DNA from: Methanocaldococcus sp. 16A
GTDB lineage: Archaea > AGJL01 > Methanococci > Methanococcales > Methanocaldococcaceae
NCBI GenBank assembly: GCA_049860595.1
Contig: CP187551.1
Direction: 5' to 3' (one strand)
Length of the DNA: 64,000 bases
Shown: positions 32,038 to 43,551 of the stretch, piece after piece
How positions within the stretch are numbered: position 1 is the stretch's first letter
How the letters are laid out: every line of letters starts with the position of its first letter
Translations under genes and position numbers: made by a program
Notes under the pieces: model-generated
The model's input: only the letters and a program-made list of their open reading frames with translations
Database searches by the model: none
What the model was told of the DNA's origin: nothing

Positions 32038-32820
32038 TTATCTCCTCCCAAACAACCCTTTAATAAATTTAGAGATGAATGACTCTTTCTTTTTCTTAAA
32101 TTGTGCTTCATACTTAACACCAATTAACTTAGCAGCAATTTCCATGATTGCTTGAGCGGCTGGGGAGTCTGGATACATGATAACAAGAGGAGTACCAAAT
32201 GCAGCTGCTTTTCTAACATGAGGGTCTTCTGGAACAACACCTATAACAGGAACTTCTAAAATAGTTTCTATAGCTTTAACTCCCAATTCTGTACTTTCAT
32301 TTGAAACCCTATTAACAATAGCTCCAATAATATCAGTTCCTAATCTTTTTGTTATAGCTATAACTTTTAGTGCATCAGATATTGAAGAAATTTCTGGATT
32401 TACAACGACAATTAAACCATCTGCTGATGATATTGCTATCAATGTCTCTTTTCCAATACCTGCTGGGCAGTCAATAATTAAAATCTCAACTAAATCATAT
32501 ATTGCTTTTAAAACTTCTTCAAGTTTTTCGGGATTTGCCCTTCTAAATTTTTCCAATGAAACTCCAGCTGGAATAACTAAAACTCCTTCTGGCCCTTCAT
32601 AAATTGCATCTTTTATATCTGCTTTGCCAGCTAACACATCATTCAAAGTTATTGGCTTTCCTTCTAACCCCATAATAAGTTCTAAGTTTGCCATTGCTAT
32701 ATCCGCATCTAAAACAGCCACTTTTTTTCCAAATTTTGCCATTGCTACGGCAAGATTTGCGGCAATTGTTGTTTTTCCAGTCCCTCCTTTTCCAGAAGCT
32801 ATTGCAATAGCTATTGCCAT
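32038..32820 (-). CDS. minD: Archaeal MinD/ParA ATPase
   Basis: SGKGGTGKT, DADIAMANL, DCPAG, C-terminal amphipathic FISKFIKGLFG. Confidence 0.9.
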   Translation of the reverse strand: MAIAIAIASGKGGTGKTTIAANLAVAMAKFGKKVAVLDADIAMANLELIMGLEGKPITLNDVLAGKADIKDAIYEGPEGVLVIPAGVSLEKFRRANPEKLEEVLKAIYDLVEILIIDCPAGIGKETLIAISSADGLIVVVNPEISSISDALKVIAITKRLGTDIIGAIVNRVSNESTELGVKAIETILEVPVIGVVPEDPHVRKAAAFGTPLVIMYPDSPAAQAIMEIAAKLIGVKYEAQFKKKKESFISKFIKGLFGRR

Positions 32821-32898
32821 TAATGTCACCTTCAAAATATTTCCTTAAACGGATGATATAAATGGCAGGTAATATATAAAGATTTAGTTTTTATTTCG

Positions 32899-33780
32899 TT
32901 ATTTATGGCAAATTATATATTTAGTTGTTACTCTCTCGTTTGTCCCTTTTATTTTCATATCTCCATTTTCAATAACCACTATATCTCCATCTTTAAAGTT
33001 GCCTTCTATCTCTACAACCTTAAATATCTTTGGATTTGGGTCAATTTTATCAATAGCTATATATTCGTCATATAGGTGAAGTTTTCCATTTTTAATAACT
33101 CCAATTTCTCCATTTTTTACAATTTTATTAACTATAGCCATAACTTTTCCAAAATTAATAAGCTGTTTTCTCAGTTCTTCCCTATATTTAAATAAACTCT
33201 CAATATCTTTTTTAACTACATCCTCAAAATTTTTCTCATATTTACTTACTCTAAGGATATCATATTCCTTACTTATAGTTGGATTCCATTTTAATTTTTC
33301 AAAAATATTTCTTATTGTATCTTCTATTTGTTCTAGTGGCATCATTGGGAATAATTTTGCAGTATTTTTTAATTCTTCTTCAGCTTTCTTTTTTAAAAAT
33401 CTATTTCCAAGAACTATAATTCCAAAACCTTCCTTTATTGTTTGATTAGTAACAGTGTCGTTTAGAATATCCACAATAGCACATTTTCCTTTTGTTGCAT
33501 AAACTCTCCTTCTCTTTGCATCAATACCTATGCTTCTAACTTCTCCAACTACTACCGAATCAGATATTTTTCTAACCTTTTCTCTATTATCCTCAATTAT
33601 AATCTTAATGTCTAGTTCTTTAGCTAATTTATAAAGCTCCTCTTCTGATTTAATTTCTCCATTATATAATTTTTCTTCTAAAATTTTTCTATTTTCTTCA
33701 TTACCTCTAAAAAATATCTGCCTTTTATCTCCCCCTATTACTGCCCCATTTTTACCATAATAGCAGATAATTAAGCTCAT
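32899..33780 (-). CDS. DUF2121 protein, Connectase (proteasome-beta-like protein ligase)
   Basis: N-terminal (M)[19 protein letters not shown] with Ser1 nucleophile position and EKLYNGEI motif; methanogen-specific family recognised from memory. Confidence 0.8.
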   Translation of the reverse strand: MSLIICYYGKNGAVIGGDKRQIFFRGNEENRKILEEKLYNGEIKSEEELYKLAKELDIKIIIEDNREKVRKISDSVVVGEVRSIGIDAKRRRVYATKGKCAIVDILNDTVTNQTIKEGFGIIVLGNRFLKKKAEEELKNTAKLFPMMPLEQIEDTIRNIFEKLKWNPTISKEYDILRVSKYEKNFEDVVKKDIESLFKYREELRKQLINFGKVMAIVNKIVKNGEIGVIKNGKLHLYDEYIAIDKIDPNPKIFKVVEIEGNFKDGDIVVIENGDMKIKGTNERVTTKYIICHK

Positions 33781-33891
33781 TTTATTTCACCTATTTAACC
33801 AAATTATAATTAGTATTATTGATATAGTTAATCTTATATATTAGTTATTAAATAGTAATATTTATAAGCTCAAAAATAAACGGGGGAGACC

Positions 33892-34317
33892 ATGACAGAG
33901 ATGGATAGGATTAGCATTTCCTTACCTTCAAAACTCTTAAGAGAGTTTGATGAAATAATTGCTGAAAGGGGATATGCAAGTAGAAGTGAAGCAATAAGAG
34001 ATGCTATTAGGGATTATATAATAAAACACAGGTGGATACACAGCTTAGAAGGAGAAAGAGCAGGGAGTATAAGCGTAATCTACAACCACCACGCATCAGA
34101 CGTTATGGAAAAGATTACTGAGATTCAGCATAATTATACAGATATTATTGTTGCTACTTTGCATTTACACTTAGACCACGACCACTGCTTAGAAACTATA
34201 TTAGTTAAGGGGGATGCTAAGAAAATTAGAGAATTAACAGATAAATTAACAGCTTTAAAAGGCGTTAAACAAGTGAGATTAAGTGTTATGGTCCCAGGAG
34301 GGCATATTCCAGAATAA
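33892..34317 (+). CDS. nikR: Nickel-responsive regulator
   Basis: RHH N-terminus, SRSEAIRDAIR, YNHH, HLHLDHDHCLE. Confidence 0.95.
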   Translation: MTEMDRISISLPSKLLREFDEIIAERGYASRSEAIRDAIRDYIIKHRWIHSLEGERAGSISVIYNHHASDVMEKITEIQHNYTDIIVATLHLHLDHDHCLETILVKGDAKKIRELTDKLTALKGVKQVRLSVMVPGGHIPE

Positions 34318-34362
34318 TCTTCTTATTTTATTTTACCATTTATTGTGATAAGAAACTCTGAT

Positions 34363-35463
34363 TTATAGCTGAGATAACAATTTTCTTTCATCTCCTAAAG
34401 GGACTATATTTTTACTTTCTACTTCAATATATGCCTCCCACAACTTTTTACATTCGCATTCAATATTTAACACATTTAAATCTTGTGTTAAAGTGAATTT
34501 TTCTAACTTTTCTTTAATTAACTTGTTGCACTTGCATCCATATAGATTGTGAGCTCCTCTTTCACTTCCTACTCCTGATGTATCACACATAATTAATGTA
34601 TTTGGATTATTTTCTTTAACCTTTTTTAATATTTCAATTACACTCCATAAGAATGGTGGTCTATATTGATTTTTATTAAAAAATAGTTCCATTACACTAC
34701 CTTTATGGATTGTTGCTGGACAGAATGAAATTCTTGAACATCCTAACTCTATACATTTGTTTGCTGAATATATGGCATCTTCAATTGCTTCCTTTTCAGT
34801 TATAAATAAAGGTTTTATTAATAGATAAGCTTTTATCCCAATGTTGTAGTTTTTAGCTAACTCTATAGCTCTAATTATTTGCTCATTTGTTATTCCTTTG
34901 TTAATGGCTTTTTCTCTAATTTCTTCATTAAAACTTTCTATCCCTACTCCAATTTCAACATTAACATCCAAATAGTTTCTAATTTCATTTAATTTATCTT
35001 CATTAATAAATTCAGGTCTTGATTCAATAGCCACTTCTTTTAAATTGCAAAATTCACTAAGTTTTTTGAAAATGTAATCTCTTGCCTCTTTAGGAACCTC
35101 TCTATCATCTAAAAAACTTCCTGAGGTGAAGATTTTAACACTAAAATCTTTTAAATCTTCTAACTTTTCTCTATACTTCTCAATAGCATAATTAAACTGA
35201 TTTATTATGTTTTCAGCAGTTATTTTCTCAGGAGAGGAATCCATTAAATAGGAACACATTAAACAGCCTCCTTCCTTTGCATAGTAACATCCATCTGTCC
35301 TTAAAATTATTGTTAGTGATTTTCCAATATTGAAATCCCTATATATATCATCTTGAATCCAAACAGCTATTGGTTTGTTTTTATCTTTTGGTTTTCTTCT
35401 CTTAAGATGTCTCTCTCTCAATTTCTTTAAAAACTCTTTATAATTATAATTAATTTGGTTCAT
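34363..35463 (-). CDS. Archaeosine biosynthesis radical SAM protein (RaSEA-like)
   Basis: GCYYAKEGGCLMC, KIFTSGSFLD, ESRPEF, YLLIKP, YRPPFLWS, RGAHN. Confidence 0.82.
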   Translation of the reverse strand: MNQINYNYKEFLKKLRERHLKRRKPKDKNKPIAVWIQDDIYRDFNIGKSLTIILRTDGCYYAKEGGCLMCSYLMDSSPEKITAENIINQFNYAIEKYREKLEDLKDFSVKIFTSGSFLDDREVPKEARDYIFKKLSEFCNLKEVAIESRPEFINEDKLNEIRNYLDVNVEIGVGIESFNEEIREKAINKGITNEQIIRAIELAKNYNIGIKAYLLIKPLFITEKEAIEDAIYSANKCIELGCSRISFCPATIHKGSVMELFFNKNQYRPPFLWSVIEILKKVKENNPNTLIMCDTSGVGSERGAHNLYGCKCNKLIKEKLEKFTLTQDLNVLNIECECKKLWEAYIEVESKNIVPLGDERKLLSQL

Positions 35464-36275
35464 TCTATCAACTCATCTATATTCTTTTTTAATTTCTCAA
35501 TCCCATAATTTTCAACAAAATCAGCCATTCTACCTTTCCCAAACTTTGCATATAAACTTATCAATTCATCAATAACCAATAAAACATCATCTTCAGTTTT
35601 TAAATCTATTAGATGTTTTCCTTCTTTATATATTCTCCCACCCTTTCCTCCAACAAAAATACTAATAACCCTCTCAGCTTTAAAAGATTCACATAAACCG
35701 CAGCATTTTCCCTCTCCAGTACATGTATCTCTTATTATTTTATTTTCCCAATCTATAGCATTTAAATCACAAAAATCTTTACATTTTCCACAATTTGTAC
35801 AAATATCCTTATCAATGGTTATTTTATATCTATAACATATTCCTATATCGCAAAATCTATGAAATGTGCATGAATTTGGACAACCACTAACATTTATTTT
35901 CACTTTTCTTGGAACCCAAACGCCTTCAAACTCTTCGTGAATCATTCTCGCTAAAGAAACTGAATCACCAATTGCATTATAACACTCTAAGCCAATACAA
36001 GATACTACTTGCCTTACTCTGGTTCCAGTTGAACCTAAGCTTAAATTAACGCAATTCAAGATTTTTTCAACATCTTCTAAATATTCTGGGGATATTTTAA
36101 ATTCAATGCCTTGTCTTGTTGTTATATGGGCTTTGTTATCTCCAAAATGTTCAATGATATAAGCTATTGCCTTTAACTGCTCAGCATTTATGTATCCTGG
36201 TTTTAAAGAAACTCTTAATGAATATCCATCTTTTTTCATTATAACTCCATATTTTAGGTTTATATTGCAGTGCAT
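35460..36275 (-). CDS. Sulfite/nitrite reductase-like protein (Dsr-LP) with ferredoxin insert
   Basis: HITTRQGIE, SCIGLEC, SGCPNSC, CTNCGKC. Confidence 0.82.
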   Translation of the reverse strand: MHCNINLKYGVIMKKDGYSLRVSLKPGYINAEQLKAIAYIIEHFGDNKAHITTRQGIEFKISPEYLEDVEKILNCVNLSLGSTGTRVRQVVSCIGLECYNAIGDSVSLARMIHEEFEGVWVPRKVKINVSGCPNSCTFHRFCDIGICYRYKITIDKDICTNCGKCKDFCDLNAIDWENKIIRDTCTGEGKCCGLCESFKAERVISIFVGGKGGRIYKEGKHLIDLKTEDDVLLVIDELISLYAKFGKGRMADFVENYGIEKLKKNIDELIE

Positions 36276-36290
36276 CCTTTTCACCAAAAA

Positions 36291-37040
36291 TTATAAAATT
36301 AAATTTTTAATGTAATTAACTAACTCATCTACATCATCAAAATAAATTGGATAATTAAATTTAGGTCTTTCAACAACAATAACCTTAGCTCCAGCTTCTA
36401 AAGCTCCATAAACCTTTTCTTCAAATCCTCCACTTTCTCCACTATCCTTAGTTATTATGGCATCACATCCATAATCTTTTATCAAATATTTGTTAAGCTC
36501 CTTAGAAAAAGTTCCATACATAGCTACAATATTTTTTTGTGGTAAAATTTTTAAAGCCTCATTTACTGATATGGGCAAAATTCTTGCTACAACCTTATCT
36601 TCTCCAACGATATCAACAACTGTCTTTAAATTCTTAATCCCTGCCATGTGAAATACTTTGTTTGCTTTTTTAGCCAATCTTGCAGCTTCGACAAAATCTT
36701 TAACATATATAACATTTGGATGCTCTATTTTTTCTTTTTTTCTCTCAAATCTTATATATTTTATGTTAAGCTCTTTACAAACATCAATGGCATTTTTGCT
36801 TGCGTTTATTGCAAATGGATGAGTAGCATCAACCAAAATATCTATATTATATTTTTTTACAACATCTTTTAACTCATTTTTATCTAAAGGCTTCGTTATA
36901 ACATCATCAGCAAACTCTTCTCCTAACTTTCCGCCATAATTAGTTGTAGAAGTGTATAAAATAAAGATATCTCCTAAATTTTTCAACCTTTTACCAATTT
37001 CAACACTATCCTTAGTCCCTCCCATTAATAGCAATTTCAT
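36291..37040 (-). CDS. cbiJ: Cobalt-precorrin-6A reductase
   Basis: LMGGT, DATHPFA, ITKDSGESGG, VVERP. Confidence 0.92.
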   Translation of the reverse strand: MKLLLMGGTKDSVEIGKRLKNLGDIFILYTSTTNYGGKLGEEFADDVITKPLDKNELKDVVKKYNIDILVDATHPFAINASKNAIDVCKELNIKYIRFERKKEKIEHPNVIYVKDFVEAARLAKKANKVFHMAGIKNLKTVVDIVGEDKVVARILPISVNEALKILPQKNIVAMYGTFSKELNKYLIKDYGCDAIITKDSGESGGFEEKVYGALEAGAKVIVVERPKFNYPIYFDDVDELVNYIKNLIL

Positions 37041-37073
37041 AACTTCACCATAAACATTTTATTTCTCATCTAA

Positions 37074-38713
<1,640 letters not shown>

Positions 38714-38876
38714 ATTCTCTACCTTATTCTATAGAAATAATTATATTTAAGAATTTTGATTTATTAAGTTATTAAAAGAAAAAGTACCTACAATTAAAAA
38801 TTTTGATGTTATGATTTAAATAATTTATCCACATTAATTAACTTTATATTTTTGTTATTAATATTTATACACATAT

Positions 38877-39503
<627 letters not shown>

Positions 39504-40298
39504 TCACGTCTTGTTTTCTTTAGTTGCATCTAATACAGTATAGCTAATTTTTGCATTATCAAGCTTTTTAATAACTTTCTCTGCCATTTTTCCAGTTATT
39601 AAAGCTATTACATTACAACCCCTATTGCATGCATTTACAATAGCTTCGGGAACAGCAAATCTTATGTCTGGTTTATACCCTAATTTGTTTGCAACAACGT
39701 AAGCAACAGTACCCATTGTTGCTACAACATAGTTATCTAAATCACCAATGTTCTTTTTTATTAAATCAAAATCTACAACCCTCGAACCACCAACGACTTC
39801 TGGTGGGATTCTAAAAACAATAACCTTCCCTTTAGGAACATCAATAATTCCTTTAATCTCACATACTGCTATATCTTCTTCTTTCTTTCCACCATATAAT
39901 GCCTTTGCCTTTGCTTCTCCTTTAGGTTCTTTTGATGCATATAATAAACCATTTTTCATAAACAAATATACTGTTTCTCCATCTTCAATATCCTCATTAG
40001 CTATAGCCGGCCATATATCTTTATATCTATATACTGCCGAATTTATTTCATCTAAATACTCTCTAAACTCTGATATCCAATTTTTTAATTTTCTTAAACC
40101 TTTTTCAGTTACTACATACTCTCCCCTACCTCTTGATTTAACATAACCATCTTTAACTAAATTTCTTATATGCTCTGAAACTGCTTGAACAGTAATTCCC
40201 AAATTTTCGGCTATTTCTTTCTGCTTTATGTGAGGTTGTTTTCTTATAATTTCGGATAGGACTTGAAATTCAGTTATATTTCTTTTCTTCATTATCAT
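39504..40298 (-). CDS. Winged-helix transcriptional regulator
   Basis: QKEIAENLGITVQAVSEHIRNL...RGRGEYVVTEKG. Confidence 0.82.
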   Translation of the reverse strand: MIMKKRNITEFQVLSEIIRKQPHIKQKEIAENLGITVQAVSEHIRNLVKDGYVKSRGRGEYVVTEKGLRKLKNWISEFREYLDEINSAVYRYKDIWPAIANEDIEDGETVYLFMKNGLLYASKEPKGEAKAKALYGGKKEEDIAVCEIKGIIDVPKGKVIVFRIPPEVVGGSRVVDFDLIKKNIGDLDNYVVATMGTVAYVVANKLGYKPDIRFAVPEAIVNACNRGCNVIALITGKMAEKVIKKLDNAKISYTVLDATKENKT

Positions 40299-40384
40299 CC
40301 CTCAAAAACCTTTTAATTACTTAACAATAAATATTATCTTTAAAGGTATTTAAATGTTAAAGATAACTTTAATAGGTGAGAATT

Positions 40385-41191
40385 ATGGAAATATTGATAG
40401 TTAATGATGATGGCATTTACTCCCCTTCATTAATAGCATTATACAACGCTTTAAAAGAGAGATTTAGTGATGCAAACATAACTATAGTAGCTCCAACAAA
40501 TCAGCAGAGTGGAATTGGAAGAGCAATAAGTTTATTTGAACCGCTGAGGATGACAAAGGTTAAGTTAGCAAAGGATATTATTGGTTATGCAGTTTCTGGA
40601 ACACCAACTGATTGTGTAATCTTAGGAATCTATCAAATATTAAAAAAAGTTCCAGATTTAGTAATTTCTGGGATAAATATTGGGGAAAATCTTGGAACTG
40701 AAATAATGACTTCTGGAACTTTGGGAGCTGCGTTTGAAGCAGCACATCATGGAGCTAAATCTATAGCCTCTTCCTTACAAATAACTTCAGACCACTTAAA
40801 ATTTAGAGAGTTGGAAATTCCAATAAACTTTGAAATTCCTGCAAAAATAACCGCAAAAATTGCTGAGAAATATTTAGATTATGATATGCCATGTGATGTT
40901 TTAAATATAAACATCCCAGAAAATGCAACCTTAGAAACCCCTATAGAAATAACAAGATTAGCAAAAAAGATGTACACAACCCACGTTGAGGAAAGAGTGG
41001 ACCCAAGAGGGAGAAGTTACTATTGGATTGACGGCTATCCAATATTTGAGGAGGAGGAAGATACGGATGTTTATGTTTTAAGGAAGAAAGGGCATATTTC
41101 AATAACTCCTCTAACTTTAGATACAACTATTAAGAATTTAGATGAGTTTAAGAACAAATATGGAAAAATTCTTTGTGAAAATATAAAATAA
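40385..41191 (+). CDS. surE: 5'/3'-nucleotidase SurE
   Basis: ILIVNDDG, SGTPTDCV, SGINIGENLG, SGTLGAA. Confidence 0.95.
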   Translation: MEILIVNDDGIYSPSLIALYNALKERFSDANITIVAPTNQQSGIGRAISLFEPLRMTKVKLAKDIIGYAVSGTPTDCVILGIYQILKKVPDLVISGINIGENLGTEIMTSGTLGAAFEAAHHGAKSIASSLQITSDHLKFRELEIPINFEIPAKITAKIAEKYLDYDMPCDVLNINIPENATLETPIEITRLAKKMYTTHVEERVDPRGRSYYWIDGYPIFEEEEDTDVYVLRKKGHISITPLTLDTTIKNLDEFKNKYGKILCENIK

Positions 41192-41302
41192 AGAAATAAT
41201 ATAACTTCAATTTATACATTTTTATTATTCAATGTTAATTAACTTTAAATATTACAATTACAAAAAAATATAAGGTTTTGAACAGTGAAAAAGGTGATTT
41301 TA

Positions 41303-42325
41303 TTGACCTGCACCATTATTGTAGGAGGACAATGGGGAGATGAAGGAAAAGGAAAGATAATAAGCTATATTTGTGATAAAGACAAGCCATCAATTATTGC
41401 AAGAGGAGGAGTAGGGCCAAATGCAGGACATACTGTAAATATTAGTGGAAAGAGTTATGGAATTAGAATGATACCTACTGGCTTTCCATACAAAGAGGCA
41501 AAGTTAGCTATAGGAGCTGGTGTTTTAGTAGACCCAGAAGTTTTGTTAAGAGAGGTTGAGATGCTTAAAGATTTTAATGTTAGAGAAAGATTAATCGTAG
41601 ATTATAGATGTGGAATTATTGAAGAAAAACACAAAATTATGGATAGAAAGGATGAACACTTAGCTAAAGAGATTGGAACTACTGGAAGTGGCTGTGGTCC
41701 TGCAAATGTTGATAGAGTGTTAAGGATTTTGAAACAGGCGAAAGATATTGAAGAGTTAAGAGAATTTTTAGGAGATGTTTCTGAAGAAGTTAATAATGCT
41801 TTGGATAGGGATGAAAATGTTTTAATTGAAGGAACACAAGGGACTTTGCTTTCATTATACTACGGAACTTATCCTTATGTAACTTCTAAAGATACAACCG
41901 CATCATCATTTGCCGCTGATGTTGGAATAGGCCCTACAAAAGTAGATGAAGTTATTGTTGTATTCAAAAGCTTTCCTACAAGAGTAGGAGCCGGGCCATT
42001 CCCAACTGAAATGTCATTAGAAGAGGCTGAAGATTTAGGAATTGTTGAGTATGGAACAGTTACTGGAAGAAGGAGAAGAGTAGGGTATTTTGACTTTGAA
42101 TTAGCAAGAAAAGCTTGCAGATTGAATGGAGCTACACAAATAGCCTTAACTGGATTAGATAAATATGATAAAGAGTGTTATGGAGTAACAGAATATAATA
42201 AGCTTAGTGAAAAAGCTAAAGAATTTATAAACAAGATTGAAGAAGCTACTGGAGTTCCAGTGACTATAATCTCTACAGGTCCAGAAATGCATCAAACAAT
42301 TGATTTAAGAAGTGAGAAATTATAA
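41303..42325 (+). CDS. purA: Adenylosuccinate synthetase (short archaeal type)
   Basis: [40 protein letters not shown]; TTG start after GGTGA. Confidence 0.96.
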   Translation: MTCTIIVGGQWGDEGKGKIISYICDKDKPSIIARGGVGPNAGHTVNISGKSYGIRMIPTGFPYKEAKLAIGAGVLVDPEVLLREVEMLKDFNVRERLIVDYRCGIIEEKHKIMDRKDEHLAKEIGTTGSGCGPANVDRVLRILKQAKDIEELREFLGDVSEEVNNALDRDENVLIEGTQGTLLSLYYGTYPYVTSKDTTASSFAADVGIGPTKVDEVIVVFKSFPTRVGAGPFPTEMSLEEAEDLGIVEYGTVTGRRRRVGYFDFELARKACRLNGATQIALTGLDKYDKECYGVTEYNKLSEKAKEFINKIEEATGVPVTIISTGPEMHQTIDLRSEKL

Positions 42326-42364
42326 AAATTCTATTAACTAAAAATCATTATTTATTTTTTAGAC

Positions 42365-42548
42365 TTTCTTTGACCTCTTTTGCTATAGCCCTACTCAATA
42401 TCGGAGGAACACTCTCTACCGAACCTTTTATTAAAAGCTTCACCAAAATATAACACCTCCTCGCTTCGCTCGGAGGTGTAAATTCTTATAATTTCTTTTT
42501 AATCTCTTTTGCTATTACTCTACTCAATATCGGAGGGACACTTTCTCC
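42365..42548. repeat. Two-hairpin element flanked by an ~55-bp duplication of the methyltransferase 3' end
   Basis: Direct repeats at about 42365-42420 and 42492-42548 flank GAACCTTTTATTAAAAGCTTC and ACACCTCCTCGCTTCGCTCGGAGGTGT. Confidence 0.8.
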
Positions 42549-43427
42549 AATTTGATTATATTGAGCATCTCTTCCTCCAAAGAATACAAAATCATCAGGA
42601 TAGCTCATTAGTCTTGCCTGTTCTCTTACAGTTAATAATCTATCTTCATAAGGATGAACAAATCTACTTCTTCCTTTAACAGTTGGAGCTAACTTATGAG
42701 GATGGAGACGATACCAATTAAACATTAGTTTCTTCTTCCCTCTATATCTATATAACGCCTCTTCCCATTTTAATTTTGATATCATTTCTATTTTTTCCTT
42801 AGAAAGTTTTTTAATCTCATGGTTTTTAGCATCTTTTGGAATATCTTTTAATGCCTCCTCCACAACAACAATTTTATAGTCTTTCTTTGGTTTTAATTTT
42901 ATATTTGAAATAAACATCCTTGCTCTTTTTGAAGGATTTCCGTAATCTTCAGCTTTCAATATATTAAAATAAACCTTATGCCCTATGTCCCCAAACAACT
43001 TTTTTAGTTCATCTTTAATTTCTTTAATTTGTGGAACATTTTCCATAACAAATATTAAATCCTCATTTTTTTGTGTAAAGTAATCAACATAATTAATATA
43101 GTATAAAACTAACCTGCCGATTTTGTCTTTATACAATCTATCTAATGGATTGTCTTTAATTAGTTTATTTGCCTTTGTAAATGGCTCACATGGAGGAGAG
43201 CCGATAATTACATCAACTTTCTCATTTTTTATAAATTCATCAAATGCTTTTGGAGGAATTCTTTTTATATCATCCATCCACACTGGAGCTTTGATATTGT
43301 ATAAATAAGTTTTTACAACAGGTTTAAAGTTTTCAATAGCTCCCAAAATTTTAAAGTTTTCATCTAAAAAACCTTTTGAAAATCCTCCACATCCACAAAA
43401 TAAATCAATGACATTTATAGTTTCCAT
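42486..43427 (-). CDS. Orphan C5-cytosine methyltransferase
   Basis: DLFCGCGG (I), GSPPC (IV), ENV (VI), RARMF (VIII), RLLTVREQARL (IX), QIGESV (X); no adjacent endonuclease. Confidence 0.9.
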   Translation of the reverse strand: METINVIDLFCGCGGFSKGFLDENFKILGAIENFKPVVKTYLYNIKAPVWMDDIKRIPPKAFDEFIKNEKVDVIIGSPPCEPFTKANKLIKDNPLDRLYKDKIGRLVLYYINYVDYFTQKNEDLIFVMENVPQIKEIKDELKKLFGDIGHKVYFNILKAEDYGNPSKRARMFISNIKLKPKKDYKIVVVEEALKDIPKDAKNHEIKKLSKEKIEMISKLKWEEALYRYRGKKKLMFNWYRLHPHKLAPTVKGRSRFVHPYEDRLLTVREQARLMSYPDDFVFFGGRDAQYNQIGESVPPILSRVIAKEIKKKL

Positions 43428-43551
43428 AATTTCACCACTAAATAAATTATTAAAAATCTTAATTAAAAAATTATTAAAAAATTATATCAAAAAATTAAAT
43501 TAAAAACTAAATCTCTAAATCTTAAAATAATAAAAATAGATTTTTTATTTT

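Noticed and set aside
33781-33891. NikR operator in the connectase/nikR divergent region
   Set aside because: Only AT-rich TATTA/TAATA symmetry, indistinguishable from background by eye.
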